Part shown: in pieces, positions 11,766-25,087 of the stretch
Position numbering within the stretch: position 1 is the first letter of the stretch
How the letters are laid out: every line of letters begins with the position of its first letter
Source of the DNA: Octopus sinensis
Lineage: Eukaryota
Reading direction: 5' to 3'
DNA: 64,000 bases
NCBI RefSeq assembly: GCF_006345805.1
Contig: NC_043001.1
Coordinates: 8,618,001 to 8,682,000 of the forward strand
Position numbers and translations under genes: made by a program
The notes under the pieces: model-generated
The model's input: only the letters and a program-made list of their open reading frames with translations
Database searches by the model: none
What the model was told of the DNA's origin: nothing

Positions 11766-14384
11766 CTTCCAAACCAGTTTGCAGCTATCACCCCCACCCC
11801 ACCTAACACGATTGCTGTAATAATATGCCACATTACCTAAATAACGGATAATTTTCTCAATTCCTCATTGCATGAATTACGTTATCTTAAGAAAAAATTC
11901 GTGAAGTTGTATAGGTTCCTAATGCGAGTTAACTTGAAGCTAATTATTTTATAAGTTAGATTAAAACAAATAGTTATCCTTAGTTGTTTAAATAATTTAT
12001 CAGATATCGTAGTACATATTCTAATATAAAATCAGGTGTGATTACTCGTACTTGTATATTTTCCTATATAAAACTTACCATATTTTCTTCTTTGTGTTGC
12101 AAACGTATATCTTGTTTCTTTTACTATTTTCTTTTAATAAATGAACCTGATAAATATTATAAATACTTGTGATATTGTGACAGATGGCTTGATGGTTTAT
12201 TTAATTGCTATTCTATACACCGCGTTCAAGATACGAAATAAAAAGCTGTGTTTCTAACTGTTTCTAAAATACCCCTCGGTGTTATATCTTTAGAAATTGT
12301 AGTTTTACAATGTGAAGTTAAATAGTCTCACAGCAGCTACAAAGAATTTATTCTTGACAAGGAACAACGAAATCCATGAAAATGTAACGAGTATGTGGTA
12401 GGATATCTGGTTAAATTCTTTATTATTGATACATCTCCACGAAATATGTGTTGTCAGACAACATATGAATTCAGACCACACACGAACGCAAAACTCTCCA
12501 AAGCATACAACGCTGCGTTCATCTAACAGCCAATCAACGTCGTTTCCGTCATTCAAAAGTAGCGATCATTGTGCACATGCAAGAAATCCCTCTCCAATAT
12601 TCCTCTTGCAGTCGGTGAAATCGTTGAAATTTTCTTAGAATTTCTTTTTATGTAAAGTCAATATTTTTTTTGCAAATGCGGTAGTCAGGGAGATATATCG
12701 TATGGTCAATTGCAATATCAAAGAAATTAGTCATTTCTATGTTGGTAAGCATAGGTATATGTGAAGTAAAACTCTCGTCTGCGCTTGTGAAGAACATCGA
12801 TAATCATCCCCTAGCGTGATGTATATTAACATAGGATATTTTCAGGCCATTATCGTTATCCCTAGTACAGCTCTGCAGATCTATTTCATTTTCAAGATTA
12901 AGTATGAGCAAATTCATACAATCGATCATCGAGGACAATCATAGATCCCCATGGAAACGTTTAGCACTGTGTCCACAGCAGTCCTATTTTCCTATCACAG
13001 TAAAAATAGTCACGGTAGAATAATGATTGTTTGAACACTATTTTAATGTCACAATCATTAATCGTTGTGACTGCTTTCCAGCAAAATAATGCCTTCTGGA
13101 AGATGGATGTTTATATGAGAGCATACATGTACATTCAACCATATTGGGTGAATTTTCAAACTCTGTTATCATCCATTCTACGGATACACTGTTCTGGTCT
13201 AATTCATTCATTCGATATTTATGAAAGGAAATCGGACATGGAGCTTGTCAATGTGGTTTTCTATTTTAATTCGCAAATTGTTACTTTTCTGTGTTTGTGT
13301 CATAATATGCTGAAGGATGTTTCACGGAAATTTTGTTGATGGCGTTTACGAGAAAGTAGGGTAAAGTTTAACATCGTGGTTCTTCTATCTTCATATAATT
13401 TATTTTATGTGTGAAGATGATAGCATTTTGATATATGTGCCAGAATATTTCAGAGTGTTTGGTAACGGAATGACACTATCTGGAAATGTAATTTTCTCAG
13501 AATAATGTACTCCGGTTCGAAATGAACATGTTGTGTTTCGTTATTTCCTTATTCGGGAAATAAAATTTCCCACCGCATCGGCTTCAATATACTTTCCGTT
13601 TTACCGATGAAGATCATGATTTAAAGCTTCCTGCCTGACGTAAGTGTGGCTGACAGAAAAAAAGAGGATGGTCTCTTCAGGCAAATATGACAACGTATAT
13701 ACGGTTCGTGAAGAAATGCGCATTTATCTGTACAAAAATAATGCTGTATGTTCTGTAGAGTCACTATCTATAGTTAAATAATTATTCTCCACGCGCAAAA
13801 AATATGCGCCTGACAGAGGCGTTTCACGCAATTATATATTCGCCAGAATTTTGCATAGTATGACATACAGTGACAAAAAGTCTTTACTTAATGGTTTAAT
13901 AAGTAACAAAACGAAAGTTTTTTTGGCAATTTTTTAAAAGCTACCCCACCTTAGTTTTCGTGTCAACATGGATGAATGTATTACGTATAACTCATAATGG
14001 AGAGTTCGACTTTCGTCGCTTCTGTCCTGATGTACAACAACTGAAATTTGACAAAATAATTGTCCCGCAAAAGGTGAACTCGAAAACCAATTTTGCTTGC
14101 ATTTGTTTTGAAATATCCAGGAGAACGGATATTTAGTGCCTTTGAATAACTTGCAGTCTTATCAATAACTACACTTTGTTTCAGAGGATTTCACAGCCCT
14201 CAGTCAAGAGCAAAATGGGATCTACAGGTCTTTCTGAATGGCACCAGCTTTTATGCGACCCGCTTCTCAAACGTGGATGCCCAGTCCCTTCCTGGAAATT
14301 TCCATATCCTTCATTGCGCGTGTGTGTGTCTGTATGTCTTTCTGTGTGTCTGTGTGTTGTATGCGAATGGTGTGAGAGTTAGTA

Positions 14385-14615
14385 AGGCGGCGGGCTGGCA
14401 GAAACGTTAGCACGCCGGGCGAAATGCTTAGCAGTATTTTGTCTGCCGTTACGTTCTGAGTTCAAATTCTGCCGAGGTCGACTTTGCCTTTCATCTTTTT
14501 GGAGTCGATTAAATAAGTACCAGTTACGCACTAGGGTTGATATAATTGACTTAATCCGTTTGTCTGTCCTTGTTTGTCCCCTGTGTGTTTAGCCCCTTGT
14601 GGGTAGTAAGAAATA
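14385..14615 (+). mobile_element. tRNA-derived SINE, family B (local label), with 15-bp target-site duplication
   Basis: Head GGCGGCGGGCTGGCAGAAACGTTAGC with B box GAGTTCAAATTC. TSD GGTGTGAGAGTTAGT (14369-14383) / GGTATGAGAGTTAGT (14616-14630). Confidence 0.92.
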
Positions 14616-15495
14616 GGTATGAGAGTTAGTGGGATCGCCTGTAACTTACTTCAAGTAAATGTAGAAAACGTGTAAGAAATCGGAATAAAATATCTTTAAT
14701 TATATATCCTGCGACTAGCAATATACTTATGAGACTTTAGAGAGAAGAAAGAAGTTGGTTAAGGTATTTCTTCTGAAAACTTGTTCTGAATATATTAAAG
14801 CCTGCGGATAAATTGTATTCATTGCTGTGTGTTATTGCCTCGATGTACCAGAAGTTATATAAAGGATGATTTGCGAATTGTTGCATACACTCATACTCCA
14901 TATGTAAACTTCTGTAAATGTAACTTTGTCAAAGTTTGAGTGAAGCAAAGATTGCGAGCGGATTTCTTAGACATAATTTCCAAAATGCAATGGTCATTTT
15001 GAGGCTCAGATTTCAATATTATTTTTAGAACTTGCACTTACAGGTATACATGTTTCCTTCAGGTAAGTATCACAACTAAATATATTTCATTGGGGAGTAC
15101 TGTTATTTCACGAAATTATAATTTACTTCTGATTTTGTACCTGCAATTTCTAAAGAGGTAATTCATTTTACAAACATTCAATAAACTCTCCTATTGAAAT
15201 CTGTAGACATACATATGTGTACCTGTGTGTGTGATATATTATACACATATAAATGGCTCCAAAGAAGTTATTTGATATCGTTTTAGGCCTCAGGAGAGCA
15301 ATGCTTCTTATAACAAACGGTTTTGAGTTAATAAAAGTGATTAAATCATTTATTAATCGATAGTGAACATTATGTATTCATATACGCTTATTTACACACA
15401 CTAAAAATTGCCAAGAGCTATGTGTGTATGTGTACGTATGCATACATACATAACATATCAATACATGCATACATAACACACACACACATACACAC

Positions 15496-15547
<52 letters not shown>

Positions 15548-16164
15548 CCAATGTATACATACACACTATATATGTGCATACGTACACATGCATACATACG
15601 CGTATATATACACAAATGAACACACATATACATACACGCATATATCTACGCACATACACGCTTCCAGATGCACACATAGAAGCAAACACATAATGCATCT
15701 ACACACATAATTATATTTAAACATATTCATGAGCACATATCAATACAAAGGTATAGATCATGGAGTTAACTCGGCTTCGATCCTAGGTGAACTTCATCAT
15801 AAGGCGTGAAGTGTCGCATACTTTATTGTGTATTACAAGAAAATCTTGTTCTTGCGGAGAAAACAAACGATATATGTGTGCGTGTGTCTTTGAATGTGTA
15901 TGCACAGGTGTGTATTGTGAGGTTTTATGTGTGTGCTTACGTGCGCAATATTTCTGAATGTCATTAACAATCTTGACATGAGAATGGAAACTCTTAAACA
16001 GATGTTATATTGCCACATTTGTTAATAGGAATTTATTGAAAAAATATATAATTGCGACAAACTGAATAGATGGTGGGTACAGATAGATTTCAAGAGGCCA
16101 GATAAAATATGATGACAATATTTATTAAACAGTCCAAGTATTTACAGTATATAGACGCGAAGAA

Positions 16165-16189
16165 TATGTGTATCTATATATATATATAA

Positions 16190-16280
<91 letters not shown>

Positions 16281-16290
16281 CGCGCGTGTG
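16165..16290. repeat. Long (TA)n microsatellite
   Basis: Direct reading. Confidence 0.95.
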
Positions 16291-17724
16291 TATGTGCGGT
16301 ACCTCTAATTGGTTTGCGTATAAGTGTGTCTTCATGCCTGGCGTTGTATAATTCTAATAGAAATTTTATGATCATTAAATTTATTTGAATACGTGTCAGT
16401 TTAAATTTGAGATTTAGAATATAATTTTCTATGTTCAGTGTGTTAGAAAAAACGATATTCATAATATATTCAACAAATATTTCTTTTTAATTTCGAATTT
16501 TAATAATCATTATATTTCCAACGAATATTCATCTTGAAAAGAAAAAAAGAAAACTACAATATAATAATAATATACTGTTCTAAAACAAAAGTCCTCAATC
16601 CTTCTGCAAATTTAATAGATTTTTAGGAGTCATTTTAAAGGGAAATAAACGATATAGCGAAAACGAATGGAAGAATTGTGCGCAAAGTACAGAATTTATT
16701 TCGTGCTAAATTAACTAAACATATTTCTTTCGTCGTTATCTAGATAATAAATAACTGAACGTTTCTTATTCTGTATTTATTTATTTAATATCCTGTCAAT
16801 ACCATCAGTAAGATTAACGAAGACAATTATTTTCATTCTACGTGAAAAGCCAGTTTTGTATATTCCTTGTTTTCTGTCAGATAAGACAGAAATAAAAAAG
16901 AGTAACAAAAAACATCTGTTCTTAAATCTATACTGTTTGTGCTGAATAAATATACTACAAACAAATAAATATACAGATAAATAGATAAATCAAATGATTC
17001 CCTATATACCTTAGCTTTATCCTCAGCGTAAATCATACAGAAAGCTACTTTTCTAGGCAGCAGCAACATGAGATGAGGCTAACGGAATTTACGCTTGTTA
17101 AATCAAATCTTGAATCACACAAATTCAGCATTGTTAGTCAAGTTATAAAGTTCTGTCAATAGAGATTTCTTTATAACAGACGTCGAATCAATACTATTCA
17201 GCCTTCAACCAAATTGAAGTGGAATGCCAGTTGAACATCAATCAGTTTTAAATACTTCATTTGCTTGAAAGAAATAAAGAACGAACTAAAGAAGGGAAAG
17301 GAGGAAGGAAAGATGTGTGTAGGTAAACAAAAAGACAGTTAAACAATTAAAACCAAAGAATAAATGTATAAAATAAGCAGTAAAGTATATATTATTCATA
17401 AAAAATCAAACGGTAAACGTTTATTTATCGTTGCAAACGCTTGATGGTTAATAATCTTTTAAATTTCTAATCCCGCAATCAATATCTTGCCTTTAAGCTT
17501 CGGGTTTACAAGAAATGTATACTGGAATCATATATTTTATTTCTATTTACATATAGTTAATTGTGTATATACATGTTGATGTTGCTATGAACACATGCAT
17601 ATCTCTCTCTCTCTATATATATATATATATGTGTGTATGCATGTGTATATGTATGTTTATGCATATAGCATTTGTGATTATACATGTATTTCAGTGTAAA
17701 TATATCAGGTATACACATTCTTAT

Positions 17725-18260
17725 ACGAGAGATAGATAGCTAAATGGTAAATAGATAGATACATACATAGATAGATTGCTAATACATAAATAGATAAATA
17801 GTCAGGTAGGTAAGTAGGTAGGTAGGTAGGTAAGTAGGTAGCATGTAGGTAGGTAGGCGAACACATAAATAGATGGATAGATAGATAAATAGATAGGAAG
17901 GTAGATAGAGAGATAGATAGATAGATAGATAGATAGGTAGGTAGGTAGGTAAGTATGTATTATGTAGGTAGGTAGGTAGGTGAGTACATAGACAGATGGA
18001 TAGATAGATGAATAGATAGGTAGGCAGATAGATAGTTAGGTAGGTAGGAAGATAGGTTGGTAGGTAGGTAGGTAGGTAGGTAGGTAGGTAGGTAAGTAGG
18101 TAGGTAGGTAGGTAGGTAGGTAGGTGGGTGTGTAGATCGATAAATAAATAGAAATTTATGGAGATTGATAGACAGATAGATAGATATATAGTTTGATATA
18201 TATAGATAGATAGATAGAGAGAGAGAGAGGGAGAGATAAAGAGAGGAGAGAGAGATATAC
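17725..18260. repeat. Compound (GATA)n/(GGTA)n tetranucleotide array
   Basis: Direct reading; about 530 bp of interleaved GATA and GGTA units. Confidence 0.95.
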
Positions 18261-19331
18261 ATCATACAAATGGATGTTTTGATATTGTGTTTATTAGCAT
18301 CTGTGCTGCCGCAAACGCATTTGTGTCTATCAATTTGTTTAATACTCAAACCTATAAGAGTGACTAGATTAAAATAAGGTCTCTATTCTCTCTAGTGATC
18401 ATTTTAAATAAAACATATATTTTCAGGACGTTATCGTAACTGTATTTTTAGAATGATATCCTGCCTATTAATTTTTTTTCCTGATTTTGAGAAGCCAAGG
18501 AAGAACTAAGTACGCAATGCCAGAGTGTTCGGTCGCGCGGGTTGATTGAATAGATATATAGACAAAGGATTCTTACGAATTGGCAACGATTTGCTTAGAA
18601 AATATATTTGTGTTTAGAAATAAGGAATGCATTTGTGCAGAACAAAAGAAAATATGATATTAGTATAGAAAAGAGAGCAATGCACTCATGTTGATTTTTC
18701 GGCATATGCTTCGCTTTGTGTGTTCAGCTGCATCTTTCGTATTTCCTTTGTTTTCTTTCATCACGTAAAACACAGTGGTTGATTATTTTGCATCAGATGA
18801 ATTACATTGCATCCTATTTCAATGACTACCGAAACGTACCTTCGAGTAAAATAAGTAGTTAATCATAATTATACAGAAAAGATATTTTTTTACGAAATTT
18901 GTCATACAATAAACGGAAATACGCAAAATATATATGATTATAAGAATGTTTATATGAGTGACGTTTCTGTCCGTACGAATCTAAATATGTTTGCGTTTAT
19001 CCGTCTATATATAATTGTCTTTTTCCGCCTAGCATACACAATCCCATATCCAAGAGTGTTAATGCAAAAGAAATATTTCCCCGCAAATTGCTATATTGAT
19101 ATTTTGAAAGAACCACATGGCTGTATTATGGATTTTGAAGTCTAAACCTAATTGTACACTGTTATGTTTCCTTAAGCTCGTGTAAGGCATTACATAAACA
19201 AGAATCACACGATACACTCTGTAACCAATAAAACGCGCTTCTTTAAATATTTACATATTTGTCCCTCGGTGAAGGAAACCTCAAATTTCAAAATATAGTT
19301 TTTAAATCCCAGCAATTTACACATGCACATA

Positions 19332-19755
19332 GGCGCAGGAGTGGCAGTGTGGTAAGCAGCTTGCTTACTAACCACATGGTTCCGGGTTCAGTCCCACCAC
19401 GTGGCACCTTGGGCAGGTGTCTTCTACTATAGCCTCGGGCCTACTTCTATAGCCTGGATTCCGTAGATGGAAACTGAAAGAAGGCTGCCGTATATATATA
19501 TGTGTGTATTGTGTGTGTGTGTGTGTGTGTGTGTGTTTATGTGTATTTTTGTGTGTCTGTGTTTGTCCCCCGCCCCAATATAGCTTCATAATGGATGCTG
19601 GTGTCTTCATGTCCCCGTAACTTAGGGGTTCGGCAAAGCGACAGACAGAATAAATACTAGGCTTGCAAAGAATAAATGCTGGGGTTGATTTGTACGAGTA
19701 ACAGGCGGTGCTCCAGCATGGCGGCAGTCAAATAATGAAACAAATAAAAGAATAG
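19332..19755 (+). mobile_element. SINE family A
   Basis: Full head, body and 3' CAGCATGGCGGCAGTCAAAT..GAAACAA tail. Confidence 0.88.
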
Positions 19756-20944
19756 ATGAATAGCGTTTGAAAATAATGATCCACACATTGCAGTAAGTCG
19801 TCGTCAGATTAACGTTCGATATACATAGATTAGAGTTTTAATACGATAACATCAAAATATTTCCCTAAAATTTGATCTTATTTGAAACAGCAACTGATAT
19901 GGGCCGACTTTCAGAAGAATTGTATTAATTTTTTATTATTATCTTGCTTTAGTCATTAAACTGCAACCATAATTGTACAGCGCTTTGGACAAATTTTTTC
20001 TGCAAAAAACCGAACTCCCTAATTACTATTTTTTAAGCCTGGTACAATAAAAACAACAATACTATGCCCTTGTGTGAAAAATAAAAATGATATTCGATCA
20101 CAGTTTCTGCCATTGCTTGCTTTCTAATATGCTTAAATTCTTCAAACTATTATCGAATAACCATTACCCGACCTAAACTCCGAAAAGCAATCTGCAAAAG
20201 CGGAAATGTTTAATAATTTCTTTTAAATGGCTTTACTTTTCCAAAGATATGGTTTATATTGGAAGCCCAAGTAACGGTAATGATATCGAAACTATTTCTA
20301 TATAACGGCGATACTAGATACAACTAGTATATACTCACATTTGGATCCAGACATATAATTATGCAGTAACGGAATTGAAAATTTTCTCTAACCCAAAATA
20401 TTGTGTGCAAAACAATGTGAAGTAAGAAGTTGTAACTTTTGCCCTGTGTTCCGACACAAAATTGAAATGTCACTGAATAGAAGATCTTATATTTTAATAT
20501 TCCTGCCGTTAATGAGAAAGTTGAAACGTAGCAGGAAGGGAAAATGCAATCATTATGATCATAACAGGGTTAGCTCAAATCACAGGTTACCGGACTTTTG
20601 TATTGAGAATCTATAGGAATAAATGTTGCTATGATCTAAGTTACGTTATCTATAAGGAGGTCGATCATACATATACGTGGTCAAGAGTAATGTACTTATA
20701 GATTAGTTCATTTAAATGAAACACCATGATTCCATATTACAATCGTGCGACAAACGAAGAAAATATATCTTAGTATATCATTCCGCAAATAGTTAAGCTT
20801 TTTGGGCATTCATTTCAGTGCATTGCAATCTTATAGTAAAAATCGCTATAATACATGAAGCAGCAGAATAGAGATTATGGAATTATTAGTAAAATCTTTA
20901 TGGAAACATCGATGTGATTGGAATAAGGGATTGTAACTATATAT

Positions 20945-21363
20945 ACTCTTTTACTCTTTTAGTCTTTTACTTGTTTCAGTCATTTGACTGCGGCCATGCT
21001 GGAGCACCGCCTTTAATCGAGCAACTCGACCCCGGGACTTATTCTTTTGTAAGCCCAGTACTTATTCTATCGGTCTCTTTTGCCGAACCGCTAAGTAACG
21101 GGGACATAAACACACCAGCATCGGTTGTCAAGCAATGCTAGAGGAACAAACACAGACACACAAACACACACACGCATATATATATACATATACATATATA
21201 CGACGGGCTTCTTTCAGTTTCCGTCTACCAAATCCACTCACAAGGCTTTGGTCAGCCCGAAGCTATAGTAGAAGACACTTGCCCAAGATGCCACGCAGTG
21301 GGACTGAACCCGGAACCATGTGGCTGGTAAACAAGCTACTTACCAGACAGCCACTCCTGCGCC
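20945..21363 (-). mobile_element. SINE family A
   Basis: Reverse complement of the family A consensus, including (ACTCTTT)n tail and CCACTCCTGCGCC head. Confidence 0.92.
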
Positions 21364-21744
21364 TGTAGTAAGTGATTGTCCAAAGATGTATTGGAATGTT
21401 AAGAGAGTTAAGGAATTACCTTTCTAGCAACACCACTGCATTCAGCATTAATATATCGTTCAGCATTGCTGTTTATCTTTCGAATATCATGAGCCAATAT
21501 AGTAATGTTTTATAACACACATAATTATTAATAATTCGCAATGTTGTTGACAACAAAAGTGTTACAAGAGACTAAAGGTAGTGCGGTAATGGCTTTCATT
21601 CAGAGTTTGTTAACAAAAAGCGTAATAGTAATGAATTAGGTTTAATGGGAAACTGGGAGAGTTGGAAGAATAAAAATAGGGAAGAAATAAGGAGGCAGAA
21701 TTCGTAAAAATTATACATATCTTTACACAGGTACACATAAGAAC

Positions 21745-22160
21745 ATACGCATGTGATAGCTTGGGAAAGTGAACTCTGTTATAGATTCAGGCTGGCCCAA
21801 ACTTCTTGAGTGGATTTCGTAGATTGAAACCGAAAGAAACCTGTTGTATATATTTATATCAGTGTGTGTGTTTTTGAGTGTGTGTATGTGTGTGTGTGTG
21901 TGTGTGTGTATGTGTGTGTGTGTGTGTGCGTGGTGAGTATTTGTGTCTGTTTTTTTTACCTCCCCGCTTAACAAAGAGCGGTGGTGTGTTTACGTCCCTC
22001 TATCATAGCGCCTCTATCATGGCGCAAGGTACCAGGGTTAAAAGATAACCAGGCTTAAACAAATATAAGTCATGGGTTCGACGCTTTCGACAAAAAATGC
22101 ATCAGATTTGTGCCCCAGCATGGCAGCAGTCTAATGACTGAACCAAGTTAGAGACAAGAG
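21745..22160 (+). mobile_element. SINE family A-like, degraded
   Basis: TTGAGTGGATTTCGTAGATTGAAACCGAAAGAAACC, internal (TG)n, and tail CCCAGCATGGCAGCAGTCTAATGACTGAA. Confidence 0.6.
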
Positions 22161-22215
22161 ATAAATATATACCTGTGTACACAAACACACGCATGTGTAT
22201 ACACACATACACACA

Positions 22216-22247
<32 letters not shown>

Positions 22248-22249
<2 letters not shown>

Positions 22250-22620
22250 CGCAGGAGTGGCTGTGTGGTAAGTGGCTTGCTAACCAACCACATGGTTCCG
22301 GGTTCAGTCCCACTGCGTGGCATCGTGGGCAAGTGTCTTCTGCTATAGCCCCGGGCCGACCAATGCCTTGTGAGTGGATTTGGTAGACGGAAACTGAAAG
22401 AAGCCTGTCGTATATATGTGTGTGTGTGTGTGTTTGTGTGTCTGTGTTTGTCCCCCTATGCTTGTGTGTTTACGTCCTCGTCACTTAGCGACCGATAGAA
22501 TAAGTACTGGGCTTACAAAGAATAAGTCCCGGGGTCGATTTGCTCGACTAAAAGGCGGTGCTCCAGCATGGTCGCAGTCAAATGACTGAAACAAGTAAAA
22601 GAGTAAAAGAGTAAAAGAGT
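22248..22620 (+). mobile_element. SINE family A, flanked by (TA)n on both sides
   Basis: Near-consensus copy with (AAAGAGT)3 tail. Confidence 0.92.
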
Positions 22621-22626
22621 ATATAT

Positions 22627-22661
<35 letters not shown>

Positions 22662-23544
22662 GCTTAAATAAATTATGAAGTATACAAAAGCTTTCTCCCG
22701 TGAGACTATTAATTTCGACACATTTTTACACGGACATGATTTCATTATTCAAATTATATTATGAAATATTGTTGTCTGTATAAACGCGTCTATGTTCTAG
22801 AAAGTGGTACTCTACTTCACCGATCAATCATTCGATAAAGAACAATTTAGTAATGTATAGCGAGACTAACATACTCAACCTTGTCCTCAAATTAGAAGCA
22901 GTATTTAAATAGCATTTTCCATTTATTACACTTCAGATGTTTTGCTGTATTAAAGTCCATTTAATGATATATTAGGTCTATTTCTGAGAAATAAATGACT
23001 TTAATATAATATCTGTAAATAGTGTTATAAAATCAATAAGAATTTAAAATATAATCAAACTGTCTATATACTTATTGTTCTGCTCTGCATATTTGTTTAC
23101 CTAATTTTTTTCCTTTCCTGAACAAATATTTCTGGCAAACATTTCTTCGAAATATCTCGATAATTATTGTCGTATGTGTACTTTTATAGAGAATCTTAGC
23201 AAATACTAATGATTATCTTTTCCATTTAAAACTAACCCTTTGAACAATAGTTTCTAATTTTGGAACAGGGCCAGATTTTGTTGGGTAGTTTGAGTAGGTA
23301 TATTTCATTATATCGAACCCATGTTTTGAAACGTGTTATAATTTATCGAAACCTTATCGATGAATGTTTAATTACCTTCGATAGACTTTGAACCTAGTGT
23401 ATACAGAGTCGAAAGAGATATCGCTAGGTGTCTTGAGTGACGTTCTAACTATTCTGTCCTAGTGATGCCCCAGCATGGCAACAGTCTATGTGAGAGACAA
23501 AATATAAATATATACAGTTTTCAATAGCTTCGTTTGAAACTATA

Positions 23545-23880
23545 TTTTGCAGATATTCCGAGAAGTATCATCAGTCATGATTCTGGGGTCTTGTGTCTTT
23601 CAGAATCGGATCTCCATCACCCAGCTGACCCGGTTAGGGTTGCTCAAGTCCCAGCTTGCATCATAAGAGCAGCAAACCACTCATATGTCCTCTTTTTGCA
23701 AAGCCAACTGGTGGCCTTCTCCGCAGTTTCAGTGGTGCAATTTATCTCCTCATTTCTCCACCTGTAACTCCAAGCGAAGTCACAATTTTCAAGAATGAAC
23801 ATGCGAAGAAACCTCGTCTGTTTACTTCTAATGGCAGATACACTTCCTGGGCAACGGCTGGAAATTTAATTAAAGTTGTC
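23545..23880 (-). mobile_element. 3' end of a HERO/NeSL-like RLE non-LTR retrotransposon
   Basis: Minus strand gives VYLPLEVNRRGFFACSFLKIVTSLGVTG then (frameshift) TETAEKATSWLCKKR, matching the C-terminal pattern PVEVG.RGF...S...LG..G...AE.AS.WLW.KR. The 3' UTR GAAAGACACAAGACCCCAG..ACTGATGAT resembles HERO-type UTRs from memory. Confidence 0.65.
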
Positions 23881-24087
23881 CCATTGTTTGAGAAATACTA
23901 TATTTTATCAACCTCAGTTTAATGAAGGCTGATATAAAAGTATCAACATAATGGCCTGAGTTTTTAATAGAATATTAAAGAAAGAAATTTTAAGAATTCG
24001 TGTATTTGCGTTAGAGTGTACGATTTGTTCAATTATTCTATCATTTATGAAAAAAATTGAAATTCAAAGAGCTCATGTAAAAATCAT

Positions 24088-24129
<42 letters not shown>

Positions 24130-24480
24130 TACATAGATACATAGATAGATATACACACACACAAACGCACGCACATACACACAAGCACACTCACACACAC
24201 GCACACACAAACACAGATACACACACACACACGTGTATGTGTGTGTAATTTATGCATGTGTAAATACAAGGTTTTTCTTAAATTACTTATTTGAAACATG
24301 TATGGAAGTAAAACATTGCAAATATTCTTTCGCAAATACTGATGAGTGAAATCTAGATATACATCTTTCGTGTCGACCAAACGACTGACATAACTAGGTA
24401 ATTCGGTCTGAACGCCAATGCAACGAGAGATCTAGCACATTCATTCCGTTCTTTCTTCTTTTATATGAGACGAGCATATT

Positions 24481-24691
24481 CTTTTCTACCCTAGGTACAG
24501 GGCTCGAAATTTTGGGGAAATTGGCCAGTTGATTAGATCGACTCCAATACGCAACTGGTACTTAATTTGACGACCCCGAAAGGATGAAATGCAAAGTCGA
24601 CCACGCCGGAAAATGAACTTAGAACGTAAAGACAGACGAAATTCTGCTAAGCATTTCGCCCGGTGTGCTAACATGTCTGCCAGCTCGCCGC
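24481..24691 (-). mobile_element. SINE family B head and body with alternative 3' tail (tail 2)
   Basis: Reverse complement: GCGGCGAGCTGGCAGAC..TTTCATCCTTTCGGGGTCG..AAGTACCAG, then CCCCAAAATTTCGAGCCCTGTACCTAGGGTAGAAAAG. Confidence 0.85.
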
Positions 24692-24709
24692 ATTTGTGAT
24701 AAGCGTATT

Positions 24710-24763
<54 letters not shown>

Positions 24764-24768
24764 ACACG

Positions 24769-24816
<48 letters not shown>

Positions 24817-24817
<1 letters not shown>

Positions 24818-25015
24818 CGTGTGTACCGTTGGCGATTTTTTTCCTCTGTCTTCCCTTCTCTGGATCTTTCCTTCTCCTATGTTTCCGACGAAGAGCTCCG
24901 CTCGAAACGTTAACCCACCTTCTTCCCTTCCTTCCTGAGCATCCAATAATACTATATTTGTTCCACGTCCTCGCGTTGTTGTGTTTTCTCTTTGTGTTTT
25001 CATGTTTGGATTAAC

Positions 25016-25020
<5 letters not shown>
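24817..25020 (+). mobile_element. Short non-coding dispersed element with hammerhead-like motif (family H1), probable Penelope terminal-repeat derivative
   Basis: About 200 bp nearly identical to 42832-43045, flanked by microsatellites. Contains GTTT-CCGACGA-A-GAGC-TCC-GCTC-GAAA-CG-TT-AAC at 24881-24914. Confidence 0.7.

Positions 25021-25087
<67 letters not shown>

Noticed and set aside
13970-14382. Two-exon ORF (MNVLRITHNGEFDFRR../RISQPSVK..)
   Set aside because: Weak donor, no recognisable homology, and it runs into a TG repeat and a SINE.
17010-17270. Minus-strand exon-like segment ending AAG|GTATAT
   Set aside because: Stops in all frames except a 20-codon end; no evidence of a partner exon.
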